Below, piece by piece: positions 25,262 to 37,879 of a stretch of DNA of 64,000 nt. Each line of letters begins with the position of its first letter. Position 1 is the stretch's first letter. The position numbers were made by a program, and so were the translations under genes. The notes beneath the pieces were generated by a model, which was given only the letters and a program-made list of their open reading frames with translations, was not told where the DNA came from and searched no databases. This DNA comes from Basidiobolus meristosporus CBS 931.73 (Eukaryota; Fungi; Basidiobolomycota): contig MCFE01000067.1 of assembly GCA_002104905.1 (NCBI GenBank), forward strand, positions 124,001 to 188,000. The letters are read 5' to 3'.

Positions 25262-26377
25262 CTAATCTCTGGGGGACCCTCTGGGGGAGCGAGATGGACT
25301 ACGAGATGCTGGGCGGGCACCAGGTGAGGCGTCGCGGTCATTTCTAGGTGAACGAGAGCGGCTACGAGAGCGCTCCTCGTCACGCTTGGGCGAACGAGAA
25401 CGGGAGTAATCGCGTCTGGGGGAGCGAGAACGGTCCTCGTTTCTTCTAGGGGAAGGTGAGCGGGAATCTAAGCGTTTGGGAGAGGGGCTGCGGGAGCGGG
25501 AGTTTTCTTCACGTCTTGGGCTACGGGAGCGGGAGTCGTCTCTAGGTTTGGGGGAGTTGGAGCGAGAGCGGTTCTCCTTGGCTCCGGGGGAACCTGAGCG
25601 AGAACGGGAGCGGGAGCGGGAGCGGGAGTCGTCACGCTTAGGTGAGCGAGAGTCTTCACGTCTGGAGGATCTTCTACCGCGACGAGGAGATCTGGAGCGG
25701 GATTCTGAGCGGGGACGTCTACGTTCTCTTCTGGGAGATCTTGATCTGGAACGGCTGTCTCTTCTTCTAGAGTAAAACCCTGCTTTAGTGACCGTCTCTT
25801 GGGTAGCGCTGGTGCACTCGGACACTTACCTAGGGCTTCTGGAGCTTCTTCTGGAATTACGGCAATCACGAGCCCAATGTCCTGTGAAAGAGATCGTTCG
25901 GTATCAATAACGTGTGGCTAGTAACATGTTAGGAAACATAGGTCCCGACCTTCACGTCCGCAACGGAAGCATTCGTTTTCGCTGGAGCGACGAACAGCGC
26001 CCTTGGCGAACTCGACGACAATACGTGCGCCGTTGAAACGCATGCCATCGCAACCGCGAAGGGCGTCCTCGGCATCGCGTCTGTCGTCATATTCTACAAA
26101 ACCATAACCTAAACACACAACGGATTAATCTCTCATAACGACCACCAATCCCAAACGAGCGGATACTTTACAGTGAGTGGTTCCTCTCTGTTGAATTTCG
26201 TGAAAAGGGAAGCATAAAGTTGGGTGAGTTCCTTCGTTTCTCCGCATGATCAAGGGGTGGGCCGGAAATTACCTTAACATCGCATCTAACGATCTTTCCG
26301 TACTTGTAGAAAATGTCTTCAAGTTCGGAAGAACGAGTGTCACTGGGTAGACGACCGACGAACAATTGGGTGCTCAT
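25262..26377 (-). CDS. SR protein (RRM + CCHC zinc knuckle + RS domain), SRSF7/9G8-like, multi-exon
   Basis: LFVGRLP (RNP2), [16 protein letters not shown] (RNP1), [14 protein letters not shown], long SRSRSP repeats. Confidence 0.85.
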
Positions 26378-26885
26378 TTCAAATGGATTTGTACCGGGGG
26401 AGGAATATAAATACTATTAAAATAAAAGAAAGGGTAAACTAAAGCACAACGGGAGATATTGGGCTATGTTCAGGGCTAACTAAGTGGCGAAGAAAAAAAC
26501 AGAAAGAACCACAACGCAAGTCCTTCGAATTATCGGGTTTTTTACACTTGGTTCTCTAGATCCCTTACCTGACCAAATTCGGGACTAATTTTTTTTCATT
26601 CCATCTATTTTCCAGTCACCTTTTTCCTTGACCCTACCTCCGTCACGTGACACGGCACGCGTAACTCCCGAAATCTCGAGGGAATCCGATGGTTTCGTAT
26701 TGTTTACAGCGGGAAAACATGGCCATTTGATCATCAAGATAATACTCTCGTTTACGGACATAATGATGTCAAAATGAGCAGCGACAGATGGTGGATCAGG
26801 TACATGGCCTACTGCAATGGGGATTTCGCAGGTCAGGAGATGTTTATTTATATAACAAGGAATAGAGGTGTGATGGGTGGTGGCT

Positions 26886-28520
26886 TTATGGCTCAAGACG
26901 CTTGGGGTCACGAGGGAACATGCATGATTTACGGATGTTGCCCAAGTTAAGGTAGAGCATGATAACACGCTCCATACCAACACCACCACCAGCATGAGGG
27001 GGAGCTCCGTGGCGGAAGGAGTCGATGTAGGATCTGATGGTGTCGGGCTCGACGCCGACGGCGGCTGCTCTTTCCTCAAGATAGGCGGGGTCGTGGATAC
27101 GCTGAGCACCAGACATGATTTCCTCACCGCGGATGAAGAAATCGTAGGAGTTGGAGTATCCAGGTCTGGAGGGATCGGGCATGGTGTAGAAGGGACGAAC
27201 GGCAAGTGGGAACTTGTCCAACATGTAGAAGTCGGTGCCATACTTCTCTTTGACCAACTTTCCGAGGAAACGCTCGTTCTCGGTGGTAAGATCCTCGAAG
27301 TCGCCCATCTCGACTCCGTTCTCGCGAAGCAGGGCAACGGCGTCCTTGTACTCAAGGCGAAGAGGCTTGGGTGGGTACTCGATCTCTTCGAATGGATACT
27401 GGCGTCTGATGGTCTCGATTTCAGCGCGGTATTGGGTTTTGAGGCCATCGAAGATGTAGGTGAAGAGATCACCGATGAGGTACATCACCTCGTGGTAATG
27501 CTCTTCAAAGGCCATTTCCAAATCCAACCCGATGAACTCGGTCATGTGTCTGTGGGTGTTGGAGTTCTCGGCTCTGAATACGGATCCAATCTCGAACACT
27601 CTCTCGAAGTCACCGCACACGCACATTTGCTTGTAAAGCTGTGGGGATTGGGCAAGGAAGGCCTCTCCCTTGAAGTAGGACACCTTGAACACATTGGCTC
27701 CTCCTTCAGAGGCAGCTCCGATGATCTTGGGGGTGTGGATCTCAATGAACTCGTTCTTGGTCAAGAACTCGCGGAAAAGTCTGCACACACCGGACTGAAT
27801 GCGGAAGATAGCCTGGTTGGTGATGGTACGGAGGTCGATGATACGGTTGTCGAGTCTGGTATCAAGGTTGACACGGCTGAATTGAGCTCCCTCTTGAGCA
27901 AAGGCCTCCTCGGGTCTAGAAGCATCTTCAAGAGTGAAAGGAAGTCTGGCAACAGCCTCGCTTACGATCCAGAGCTGCTCGATGTTAAGCTCGACATCTT
28001 GGATGGTGCAGCTCTTGACAGGCTCGGCGGCCTTGACGATCTTGGCTTCGACCAAAATGATGGACTCGGCGGGAATCGAGGTGGCGAACTTGACCATTTG
28101 CTTGCTGATTTGCTGTTCATCAGCCGAGACAAGGGCCTGGATGGTGGAGTTGCGTTGTCTGAGCATGAAGAAGCAAAGCTTAGATCCAGTGGCACGGGCA
28201 GTTTGAACACGAGCTCTGAAGTGGATGGTCTCACCGACACGCTCAGTGTTGATGTCCTCGATACGCTCTCTACGTTGGTCAGTTCTCTCTTGAGATTGGT
28301 TCATAGGCAATTTGCCATATTTCCCCTTGGAGCAGTCGGTAGCGTTAGCTTCTCTGGCAGCCTTCTCGGCGGCAAGTCTGGCAGCGGTCTCTTGCTTTCT
28401 CTTCTCCTTCTCTTGCTCTTTCTCGAGCTTCTTCAGAGCCTTCTTGGAGAGGGGCTTGCCCTCGGCATCAAGAATAACTTGGTCGAGCTGCTCGGTGACT
28501 TTTTCTACGTTCTCCGACAT
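26886..28520 (-). CDS. DPS1: Cytoplasmic aspartyl-tRNA synthetase (start MSENVEK at 28520)
   Basis: OB fold; [11 protein letters not shown]; [12 protein letters not shown]; [16 protein letters not shown]; GGGVGMERV; [10 protein letters not shown]. Confidence 0.95.
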   Translation of the reverse strand: MSENVEKVTEQLDQVILDAEGKPLSKKALKKLEKEQEKEKRKQETAARLAAEKAAREANATDCSKGKYGKLPMNQSQERTDQRRERIEDINTERVGETIHFRARVQTARATGSKLCFFMLRQRNSTIQALVSADEQQISKQMVKFATSIPAESIILVEAKIVKAAEPVKSCTIQDVELNIEQLWIVSEAVARLPFTLEDASRPEEAFAQEGAQFSRVNLDTRLDNRIIDLRTITNQAIFRIQSGVCRLFREFLTKNEFIEIHTPKIIGAASEGGANVFKVSYFKGEAFLAQSPQLYKQMCVCGDFERVFEIGSVFRAENSNTHRHMTEFIGLDLEMAFEEHYHEVMYLIGDLFTYIFDGLKTQYRAEIETIRRQYPFEEIEYPPKPLRLEYKDAVALLRENGVEMGDFEDLTTENERFLGKLVKEKYGTDFYMLDKFPLAVRPFYTMPDPSRPGYSNSYDFFIRGEEIMSGAQRIHDPAYLEERAAAVGVEPDTIRSYIDSFRHGAPPHAGGGVGMERVIMLYLNLGNIRKSCMFPRDPKRLEP

Positions 28521-28947
28521 ATTGGAATTAGGAACCAACAAGAGACGTCGTCATGGATGGCAGTTTCATTTATAGTGGAAAGATTTTTTTTAATCTTCGG
28601 ATTGAATTTTCAAGCAATTCGCTGGGAATTTGCTGGGAATTTGCTGGGAATTTCCTTAATTCGACATCGAGCATGTACAAATTGGGTCAGAAATGCCTCT
28701 AGATTTCGTCATGATTGTGGTGTTAGTGGAGGGCTGATCCCAACGTCGAGAACCTGAATCATAGGTGTGATAGAATGATTCATTAATACGCGATAATGTA
28801 AATCATTAATGTTCCAATCTGGCTTGCCCAATGACTTGGGTTGATTTTGAGAGATTTATTTGGAATTTCCTGCGGATTCATGTGCCATTCATGGTGATTT
28901 TCGAAGTTGCTCTTCTCCACCACAAAAATCCTCCTGTGTAATCGAGT

Positions 28948-30733
28948 ATGGTAAAGCGTCGTAAGAATCACAGAAGCTCCGAAAATCTCCACGCAGACAG
29001 CGTCGCCTCCAACGGCGTTCAGAATGGTGTGGAAAATGGCGGTGCCAAGTGTGAGGTATTCTAGTTCGCTCTCCACCCATCTGGGCTTCCCCACTGAAGC
29101 TGACATGCCTCGATGTTCTTTAATCACTAGGACGAAAAGCCCGCCTTGCTGATAGATCAAGCGGCCGAAAAGAAGTGGAAAAACTGGTGGGTGAGAACCA
29201 CCTGGACCCTCATCATGATCAGCGGTTTTTTCTTGATCATCGCCGCCGGACATTTGTACGTGGTGATATTCGTTATGTTGCTACAGAACCTCGTGTTCAA
29301 GGAGGTGATCAGCCTGTCACACGAGCCAAACAAAGAAAGAAAACTCCCTTGGTTCCGTGCGCTCTACTGGTAATTCTTAGCTCTAGTGCAGTCGGAAAAG
29401 GAGGGTTGAGTAATGTTGTTCCCATTCCAATAGGTACTCGTTATTGACGACGAATTACTTCCTCTATGGTGAATCGATAATCTATTACTTCAAGAGATCG
29501 GTTCTTGTTGATGCCTTTCTGCTCCCCCTTGCAACATACCATCGATTCATCTCTTTCATGCTTTATTGTATTGGTAAGGCTCTTCAACACACCATACGTC
29601 CAAAAGAATTGAGTGCTAAACTAAACTTCTCAGGATTCGTCTGGTTTGTTACCAACCTCAAGAAGGGCCATTACAAGTTCCAGTTCAAACAATTTGCGTG
29701 GACCCATATGGCCTTACTGCTTGTTTGTTTCCAGAGTCACTTCATTATCAACAATATATTCGAGGGGATGATCTGGTTCTTCTTGCCTGTTGCTCTGGTT
29801 ATCTGCAACGACATCTTTGCATATATATTTGGTTTCTTCTTTGGTCGTACTCCTCTGATCAAGTTGAGCCCTAAGAAGACAGTGGAGGGATTTATCGGCG
29901 GTTGGGTGTCCACCGTGATCTTCGCCTTCATGGTAACTAAGTTCCATCCACCTCCCTTGCCACCAATTTAACTAACCAGACGCGTATGATTAGTTTTCAA
30001 TCGTGTTAATCAAGTCCAAGTATATGTGCTGTCCAGCAGAGAACTTCTCTACCAGCGCGTTTAGCGATGTTCAATGCGATTTGAACCCCGCATTTATCCC
30101 AGTGGAGTACAAACTCAAGCCATGGATGTTCCGCTTGCTTTATCACTTGGTATTGTACCAACTTGTGCTTTGTATTCCCTGTGGCCTCTGTGTATTAACC
30201 AGGACTTTTCACTCCAGTTCCGTACGGAAATTCGCCATGTCTACATCGCCCCTCTTCAGTTGCATGCATTTGTGATGGCATCCTTTGCATCCTTAATCGC
30301 TCCTTTTGGTGGTTTCTTTGCCAGTGGATTGAAGCGAGCATTTAACATCAAGGTTTGTTTGATTGTCGTTCAATGTATGCGCCGTTCTCACCAACAGTCG
30401 TCGCTTTTAGGACTTTGGGGATTCGATTCCAGGTCATGGCGGAATCACCGACCGTATGGATTGCCAATTTCTCATGGGCTTCTTCTCGTATATGTATTAT
30501 CAGAGCTTTATTAAGGTTTGTAACGTCACATGGGTTCGTCTAAAGGAGTTTGCTAATGATGTTTCCACCAACAGAGTGTAACAAGCAGCTCCATTGTTAT
30601 TCTCCAAGACATCATTAACAATCTGTCCACTAACGACCAAGTCGACCTATATATGAATCTACAAGAGTACCTTGTTGGTCAAGGACTTTTATCGGAGAAG
30701 GTTATAGAATGTACACAGGCACTTCTTAGCTAG
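28948..30733 (+). CDS. CDS1: Phosphatidate cytidylyltransferase (CDP-DAG synthase), multi-exon
   Basis: [79 protein letters not shown]. Confidence 0.92.
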
Positions 30734-31196
30734 AAAGTGATAACTAGATTTTTTTGAAAAGCCAATTTCAATCTTGCAACTGATCTACGAGTGTTTCTGT
30801 ATATGACTTTGCATTGTATTTCCTATTTATAAAATCGCAACTAATTCACCAATCTCTCCTTACCGACTTCTATGGAATTGTTGTAATAAATATACTACAC
30901 TTTTTGGCCAAATCCCTACAATGCGGTTTCCCCTTATTTACCTGATAACTTACCCCTCTATTGATCCTCTAATCATGATCGAGTGTAGAGATGATAATCC
31001 GTGCCGGTTATCGTGCATATAAAGCAGGAGGAAACGGTAGTGAAGTATTACTGTAGCCATGTACATAGATAAAGCCTGAGGATAGACAAATCTACAGCAG
31101 GCAGGGTGGGTAGAGCCTTGCATTTCCTGGCTATAAGTAGGTTGCTCACTGTGAGGTTTTGACACACCGTTCTCGGAAGCAGCATCTTTACTCATC

Positions 31197-31571
31197 ATGA
31201 AGTTCATTCTTTCCTTGTTGACTGTGTCTTGTGTTATCTTGGCCACCATGGGTGCCCCATTGCCACTCGATGCTATGGTAGATGTTCATACCGGACCCAC
31301 AAGCCCTTCCTCAGCCAATCCACCATCAGGTGCAGGTGCTGGAGGATGTGATGATATCCAAGCAAAGGTCAACGCACTTGGCCTTAACATCAAAGCAGTG
31401 GTGTGTCTGGGTGCCAAAGACTCATTGCCTGCTGAGGCGACTGCCCCACCAGCCAACCCACCCGCAGGTTGCCCAGATGTGGATGCCAAGATCAGGGCGC
31501 TAGGACTCAACATCCGAGCAGTTGTCTGCCTTCGAGATGGGATTCAGGTGTTTGCCGATGTAACGAACTAA
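31197..31571 (+). CDS. Small secreted protein, array copy 1 (124 aa)
   Basis: Signal peptide MKFILSLLTVSCVILATMG; two repeats GCxD[IV]xAK[VI]xALGLNI[KR]AVVCL; family not recognised. Confidence 0.85.
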   Translation: MKFILSLLTVSCVILATMGAPLPLDAMVDVHTGPTSPSSANPPSGAGAGGCDDIQAKVNALGLNIKAVVCLGAKDSLPAEATAPPANPPAGCPDVDAKIRALGLNIRAVVCLRDGIQVFADVTN

Positions 31572-31913
31572 TACTTGGACCATTGATCATTCATACTCAT
31601 CATTGCTCAATAATATGGAATATCGTGACTGAAGGCAATACAATGCCAGAATAAACAACACATTGACATATCATTCAAATATAATCTTGCTTGATTATGC
31701 TGTAAAGGTACCGCTCATATGAGACGTGAGGCAGTTCAGCTCTTACAAATTGACAATTGAACAATCATCAATGGACGAGTAGCTCATTGTGACCGCACAC
31801 CTTGGAGCAAGATGATCGACCAGTTTGAAGAGGACGCTTAAGCATTTACCAGGCTGTAAAGCACACTGTCAACTGTATCTAGTGACTCTTGATTGAAAAG
31901 ATCAAACATCTGA

Positions 31914-31985
31914 GGCTCAATGGTCTAGTAGTATGATTCCTCGTTCGGGTCGAGGAGGTCCCGGGTTCAATTCCCGGTTGAGCCC
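31914..31985 (+). tRNA. tRNA-Pro(CGG) copy 1
   Basis: GGCTCAA/TTGAGCC acceptor stem; CCTCG-TTCGGGT-CGAGG anticodon arm; CCGGG-TTCAATT-CCCGG T arm; T-run downstream. Confidence 0.92.
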
Positions 31986-32368
31986 CTCATTTTACCTCAC
32001 AATACGCTTATTAATAGTACTAAAATTGCAAAAATTGCATATTTTAAGCCTGATTATCAATTCAGTTATATTTGAAGTGCTAGCTTAGCTCATAGAAACC
32101 AGAGAGTAGTCGAGTATAGAATGAACAGATAATGCGTTCTCATATATGGCAACAGATCAGAAATGTTGCTACATGCTCAAAATACACACGAGTACAGTTG
32201 ATCCGTGCTTGTTTACCACAATTTCATCTCAATAACACCTTTGAGAGGTGGAAATTGAAAAGAAGCAGGGGTAAATGGCTATGAGATGTAAGGGTATGAG
32301 CATATTGATGAGTGGTAGAGAGACAAATCGATTTCAGGCAGGATGAGTGCAGGGTTGCCAATGCCAAC

Positions 32369-32376
32369 TATAAGTA
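32369..32376 (+). promoter_or_regulatory. TATA-like TATAAGTA conserved about 60-70 bp upstream of array genes
   Basis: CTATAAGTAG occurs at a similar distance upstream of copies 1, 2, 3, 4, 6 and 7 (TATAAGC in copy 5), within a conserved ~150-200 bp upstream block. Confidence 0.5.
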
Positions 32377-32436
32377 GACTGACGCTTGCTACCAGATCTT
32401 CACTTACTATCACTTCGAGCTAATTCACTACTCATC

Positions 32437-32811
32437 ATGAAGTTCATTCTTTCCTTGTTGGCTGTGTCCTGTGCAATCCTATCCACCATGGGTGCCCCAT
32501 TGCCACTCGATGCTATGGTGGATGTCCATACCGGACCCGCAAGCCCTTCCCCAGTCAATCCGCCGTCGGGCGCAGTTACTGGAGGATGCGATGATATCCA
32601 AGCAAAGGTCAACGCACTTGGCCTTAACATCAAAGCAGTGGTGTGTCTGGGTGCCAAAGACTCATTGCCTGCTGAGGCGACTGCCCCACCAGCCAACCCA
32701 CCCGCAGGTTGCCCAGATGTGGATGCCAAGATCAGGGCGCTAGGACTCAACATCCGAGCAGTTGTCTGCCTTCGAGATGGGATCCAGGTGTTTGCCGATG
32801 TAACGAACTAA
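32437..32811 (+). CDS. Small secreted protein, array copy 2 (124 aa)
   Basis: Paralogue of copy 1; ATG taken at MKFILS rather than the upstream TTG. Confidence 0.85.
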   Translation: MKFILSLLAVSCAILSTMGAPLPLDAMVDVHTGPASPSPVNPPSGAVTGGCDDIQAKVNALGLNIKAVVCLGAKDSLPAEATAPPANPPAGCPDVDAKIRALGLNIRAVVCLRDGIQVFADVTN

Positions 32812-33548
32812 TACTTGGACCATTGATCATTCATACTCATCATTGCTCAATAATATGGAATACCATGACTGAAGGCAATACAATGCCAGAATAAACAACA
32901 CCGACATATCATCCAATAACCGCATAGTTTGATAGTGTTCGTAAAGCATAGCAATATTATACTGGACGATACTAGAATACTACAATAGTAAGTAGCATTA
33001 TTATACGATTCGGCCATACTCTCTTAGTTAAGGGATTGGCTAATATTCAAGTCCATATATACGACTTCACAATGTGAATACCATGACTAGAGGCAAATTA
33101 AATTCCAGAATAAATAGCACATTGACATATCATCCAAATACAATCTTGCTTGATTGCACTGTAAAGGTACCTCTCAAATGTAGAATGGGGTAGTTCAACT
33201 CTTGCAAAATGATAATCAAATAATCATGGATGGACGAATCGCTAATCGTCTTGAGAATTAACCCTGTTATGATGTTATGGAAGCAAAAAGTCATCTCTTA
33301 CGCAGCATGGTGAAATACGATCAGCCTTTTTGAAAAGGACATTTATGCGATTGCTCTCATCGTGACAGATGAATCAAATGATTCCTCAGTGAATCAGTCT
33401 TCTGTTACGTACTGAAAGAGTAATGTCCTTTAAAGAGTACGGAAATAAATAACGTGTATGTTATCTCGTAGATTCGACGGGGTAGTTTAAGGATATCTTT
33501 TAAAAGGTTAGGATGGTGACTAGTAGAAATATATTCAAAGTAATACTC

Positions 33549-33715
33549 GTTTCTACCGCTTTTCTTCTAACCAAACTTATTCTTTATTTGATTGTTTGAT
33601 TGGTATTTATACCTTGTTATGAGTCTGGTGATTTGTCTCGTTTACTTTTTTTCCGAGGCTACTAAGCCGTCTTTGTATGCGTTGATGTCACTTAACATCG
33701 AGTGATTCCTTACTC
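33549..33715. repeat. ~165-bp dispersed repeat, copy 1 (second copy 51492-51651)
   Basis: Shared CTTCTAACCAAACTTA..CTTTATTTGATTG.TTGATTGGTATTTATACCTT...GTCTTTGTA.GCGTTGATG.CACTTAACAT.G.GTGA.TCCTTACTC. Confidence 0.75.
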
Positions 33716-33731
33716 GTAAACTACCATCGGA

Positions 33732-33803
33732 GGCTCAATGGTCTAGTAGTATGATTCCTCGTTCGGGTCGAGGAGGTCCCGGGTTCAATTCCCGGTTGAG
33801 CCC
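33732..33803 (+). tRNA. tRNA-Pro(CGG) copy 2
   Basis: Identical 72 nt to copy 1. Confidence 0.92.
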
Positions 33804-34373
33804 ATCATTTTACTTCACTTTATGCTCTTCAATATCTTTATTCGCACCTATGCAGCACCAGTGTATTAATGGGACAACATACAGTACATTAGTAGTACAG
33901 CATATCATGTGCCCGACAGTCAGATCATTAAAATTTCGAATGTCAACTTAGTAAAGCATTAAATAACTGATGATTCGCTTTTGTGGGTAAAATGGTTTAA
34001 CCATACTGATCAGTGTCGGTTCGAACATCTATTCTATGATATGGGTGTGCTGAGCTTCTACACATTTTAATATGATCCACGCATGGTAGACATTCATGAA
34101 TGTCACTACATGCTCAAAATACACACGAGTACAGTTGATCCGTGCTTGTTTACCACAATTTCATCTCAATAACACCTTTGAGAGGTGGAAATTGAAAAGA
34201 AGCAGGGGTAAATGGCTATGAGATGTAAGGGTATGAGCATATTGATGAGTGGTAGAGAGACAAATCGATTTCAGGCAGGATGAGTGCAGGGTTGCCAATG
34301 CCAACTATAAGTAGACTGACGCTTGCTACCAGATCTTCACTTACTATCATTTCAAGCTATTCCACTACTCATC

Positions 34374-34748
34374 ATGAAGTTCATTCTTTCCTTGTTGGCT
34401 GTGTCCTGTGCAATCCTATCCACCATGGGTGCCCCATTGCCACTCGATGCTATGGTAGATGTCCATACCGGACCCACAAGCCCTTCCTCAGCCAATCCAC
34501 CATCAGGCACAGGTACTGGAGGATGCGATGATATCCAAGCAAAGGTCAACGCACTTGGCCTTAACATCAAAGCAGTGGTGTGTCTGGGTGCCAAAGACTC
34601 ATTGCCTGCTGAGGCGACTGCCCCACCAGCCAACCCACCCGCAGGTTGCCCAGATGTGGATGCCAAGATCAGGGCACTAGGACTCAACATCCGAGCAGTT
34701 GTCTGCCTTCGAGATGGGATTCAGGTGTTTGCCGATGTAACGAACTAA
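34374..34748 (+). CDS. Small secreted protein, array copy 3 (124 aa)
   Basis: Paralogue of copy 1. Confidence 0.85.
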   Translation: MKFILSLLAVSCAILSTMGAPLPLDAMVDVHTGPTSPSSANPPSGTGTGGCDDIQAKVNALGLNIKAVVCLGAKDSLPAEATAPPANPPAGCPDVDAKIRALGLNIRAVVCLRDGIQVFADVTN

Positions 34749-35090
34749 TACTTGGACCATTGATCATTCATACTCATCATTGCTCAATAATATGGAATAT
34801 CGTGACTGAAGGCAATACAATGCCAGAATAAACAACACATTGACATATCATTCAAATACAATCTTGCTTGATTATGCTGTAAGGGTACCTCTCATATGAG
34901 ACATGAGGCAGTTCAGCTCTTACAAATTGACAATTGAACAATCATCAATGGACGAGTAGCTCATTGTGACTGCACACCTTGGAGCAAGATGATCGACCAG
35001 TTTGAAGAGGACGCTTAAGCATTTACCAGGCTGTAAAGCACGCTGTCAACTGTATCTAGTGACTCTTGATTGAAATGTTCAAACATCTGA

Positions 35091-35162
35091 GGCTCAATGG
35101 TCTAGTAGTATGATTCCTCGTTCGGGTCGAGGAGGTCCCGGGTTCAATTCCCGGTTGAGCCC
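35091..35162 (+). tRNA. tRNA-Pro(CGG) copy 3
   Basis: Identical 72 nt to copy 1. Confidence 0.92.
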
Positions 35163-35613
35163 TTCTTTTTACCTCACAATACACTTATTAATGGTACTAA
35201 AATTGCTAAAGTTGCATATTTTAAGCCTGATTGTCAATTCAGTTATATTTGAAGTGCTAGCTTAGCTCATAGAAACCAGAGAGTAGTCGAGTATAGAATG
35301 AACAGATAATGCGTTCTCATATATGGCAACAGATCAGGAATGTTGCTACATGCTCAAAATACACACGAGTACAGTTGATCCGTGCTTGTTTACCACGATT
35401 TCATCTCAATAACACCTTTGAGAGGTGGAAATTGAAAAGAAGCAGGGGTAAATGGCTATGAGATGTAAGGGTATGAGCATATTGATGAGTGGTAGAGAGA
35501 CAAATCGATTTCAGGCAGGATGAGTGCAGGGTTGCCAATGCCAACTATAAGTAGACTGACGCTTGCTACCAGATCTTCACTTACTATCATTTCAAGCTAT
35601 TCCACTACTCATC

Positions 35614-35988
35614 ATGAAGTTCATTCTTTCCTTGTTGGCTGTGTCCTGTGCAATCCTATCCACCATGGGTGCCCCATTGCCACTCGATGCTATGGTGGAT
35701 GTCCATACCGGACCCGCAAGCCCTTCTTTAGCCAGTCCACCATCAGGTGCAGGTGCTGGAGGATGTAGTGATATCCAAGCAAAGGTCAACGCACTTGGTC
35801 TTAACATCAAAGCAGTGGTGTGTCTGGGTGCCAAAGACTCATTGCCTGCTGAAGCGACTGCCCCACCAGCCAACCCACCCGCAGGTTGCCCAGATGTGGA
35901 TGCCAAGATCAGGGCGCTAGGACTCAACATCCGAGCAGTTGTCTGCCTTCGAGATGGGATTCAGGTGTTTGCCGATGTAACGAACTAA
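35614..35988 (+). CDS. Small secreted protein, array copy 4 (124 aa)
   Basis: Paralogue of copy 1. Confidence 0.85.
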   Translation: MKFILSLLAVSCAILSTMGAPLPLDAMVDVHTGPASPSLASPPSGAGAGGCSDIQAKVNALGLNIKAVVCLGAKDSLPAEATAPPANPPAGCPDVDAKIRALGLNIRAVVCLRDGIQVFADVTN

Positions 35989-37052
35989 TACTTGGACCAT
36001 TGATCATTCATACTCATCATTGCTCAATAATATGGAATATCGTGACTGAAGGCAATACAATGCCATAATAAATAATACGTTGCCATATCGTCTAAATAAT
36101 GCACTGCTTTATTGCGTTTGCGAAGAGCCATGCGCTGAGGAAGTGAATTCGTATTTTAAAATATTGCCAGATTAGTTGGTCGAATATCATGAATACAAAC
36201 AATGATGTTTTGATATTACGGCAATAAGCCTATAGCAGTATGATGGATTTTTAAATATGAGATTTAGTGACACAAAAATAGGAGTATTTCTTGACGATTT
36301 TGCTCTTCAGTGAGAATATCAGATAAGGCCGCCGTAGTAATCATGTAGATGCCATAACCACAAAGCCTGAATGCCTTATGCAGGATTCATAGCCAAATGA
36401 CCAGGTAGATGAGGTGTATTCTTTGTTGGTCATCCGTGCTGATGGCATTTTTTGGGTTTCACATACCGAGATAAATCAGCGGTGTACGTGTGGCAACCTG
36501 ATTCTTTGCACAACTTTGATGTAGGTCGGGGTAAGTGATACTTCACGTATATGTATGTGGTAAGAGGGTCGAGCAAAATTGAATGTGATGGTTCCTTGTT
36601 TGGGTTAAGGAGGCCCTGTGTTGCTCATTTAAATTTCTAGCGTGACATATTGTACGTCCTGCATAATCTATCCAGTAAAATATAAAGTGCCAGCCTAACC
36701 CATGGAAGCAAGATAGTCCAGCTGATACGCTCTGTTGGAAAAAGTGACTAAACTCATTATGGGATACTGAATCAAGATCCTGGAGATCATATATGGCTGT
36801 GAAGCTAGAATATGCAGGTACACAATTCGATCGTGCCTATACGAACCAATTGTAGCTCAATAATACCTTTGAAAGCCAGAAATTGAAGAGAGGCAGGGGG
36901 AGTGACATTAAGTTGTAAGGATACCAACATATTGATGGGTGGTAGCGACACATCGATTTCCGACAGGATGAGTTCAGGGTTGATACAACCAAATATAAGC
37001 GGATTGTAGAGGTGTTTAACCATCATTCCCTCAAACAACATCTAGACTCATC

Positions 37053-37430
37053 ATGCAGTTCATTCTTTCTTTGTTGGCTGTGTCTTGTGCCATCTTGGCC
37101 ACCATGGGTGCTCCCTTGCCACTTAACGCTATGGTGGATATCCATACCGGGCCCGCTGGCGCCCTGACACCCAGCAGCCCGCAACCAGGTGCAGGTACTG
37201 TAGGATGTGATGATATCCAAGCAAAGGTCAACGCACTTGGCCTTGACATCAAAGCGGTGGTGTGCCTGGGTGCCAAAGACTCATTGCCTGCTGAGGCGAC
37301 TGCCCCACCAGCCAACCCACCCGCAGGTTGCCCAGATGTGGATGCCAAGATCAGGGCGCTAGGACTCAACATCCGAGCAGTTGTCTGCCTTCGAGATGGG
37401 ATTCAGGTGTTTGCCGATGTAACGAACTAA
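37053..37430 (+). CDS. Small secreted protein, array copy 5 (125 aa)
   Basis: Paralogue with a divergent linker (PAGALTPSSPQPGAGTVG). Confidence 0.85.
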   Translation: MQFILSLLAVSCAILATMGAPLPLNAMVDIHTGPAGALTPSSPQPGAGTVGCDDIQAKVNALGLDIKAVVCLGAKDSLPAEATAPPANPPAGCPDVDAKIRALGLNIRAVVCLRDGIQVFADVTN

Positions 37431-37807
37431 TACTCGGACCATTAATCATACATACTCATCATTGCTTGATAATAAGAATACCATGACTAGAGGCAATACA
37501 ATATCAGAATAAATAATATATTGCCATATAATTCAAATACATAATTGTTTAATCATGCCGTAAAGGTACTTCTCGAATGTAAGTTGGGACTGTTCAGCTC
37601 TTGCAGAAGGACAATCCAATATTCATCAACGTGTGCGTAGCCCGTCATGTTTAAAATTAATCCTGCTATGATATTATAGCAGCAAGAAACCGTTTTATGC
37701 ACTGCCTGGTGCAATATTATCGGTCTGATGTGAAAGAGTGATTACTGTATTATACTACCTAATGATGGATGAAAAAAAATTCCTCACCGAAATCTTCATG
37801 CATCCAA

Positions 37808-37879
37808 GGCTCAATGGTCTAGTAGTATGATTCCTCGTTCGGGTCGAGGAGGTCCCGGGTTCAATTCCCGGTTGAGCCC
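37808..37879 (+). tRNA. tRNA-Pro(CGG) copy 4
   Basis: Identical 72 nt to copy 1. Confidence 0.92.

Larger units (their letters stand above)
31197..36065 (+). repeat. Recent tandem segmental duplication, period 3177 bp (31197-32890 vs 34374-36065)
   Basis: Gene1, tRNA1 and gene2 starts (31197, 31914, 32437) are each exactly 3177 bp from gene3, tRNA3 and gene4 starts (34374, 35091, 35614); spacers near-identical. Confidence 0.85.

Noticed and set aside
16746-28757. Long antisense ORFs (16746-18161, 21875-22792, 24047-24793, 26994-28757; also 9286-10551 and 11911-12747)
   Set aside because: They lie opposite well-supported genes with strong GC3 codon bias, which suppresses antisense stops; no recognisable motifs.
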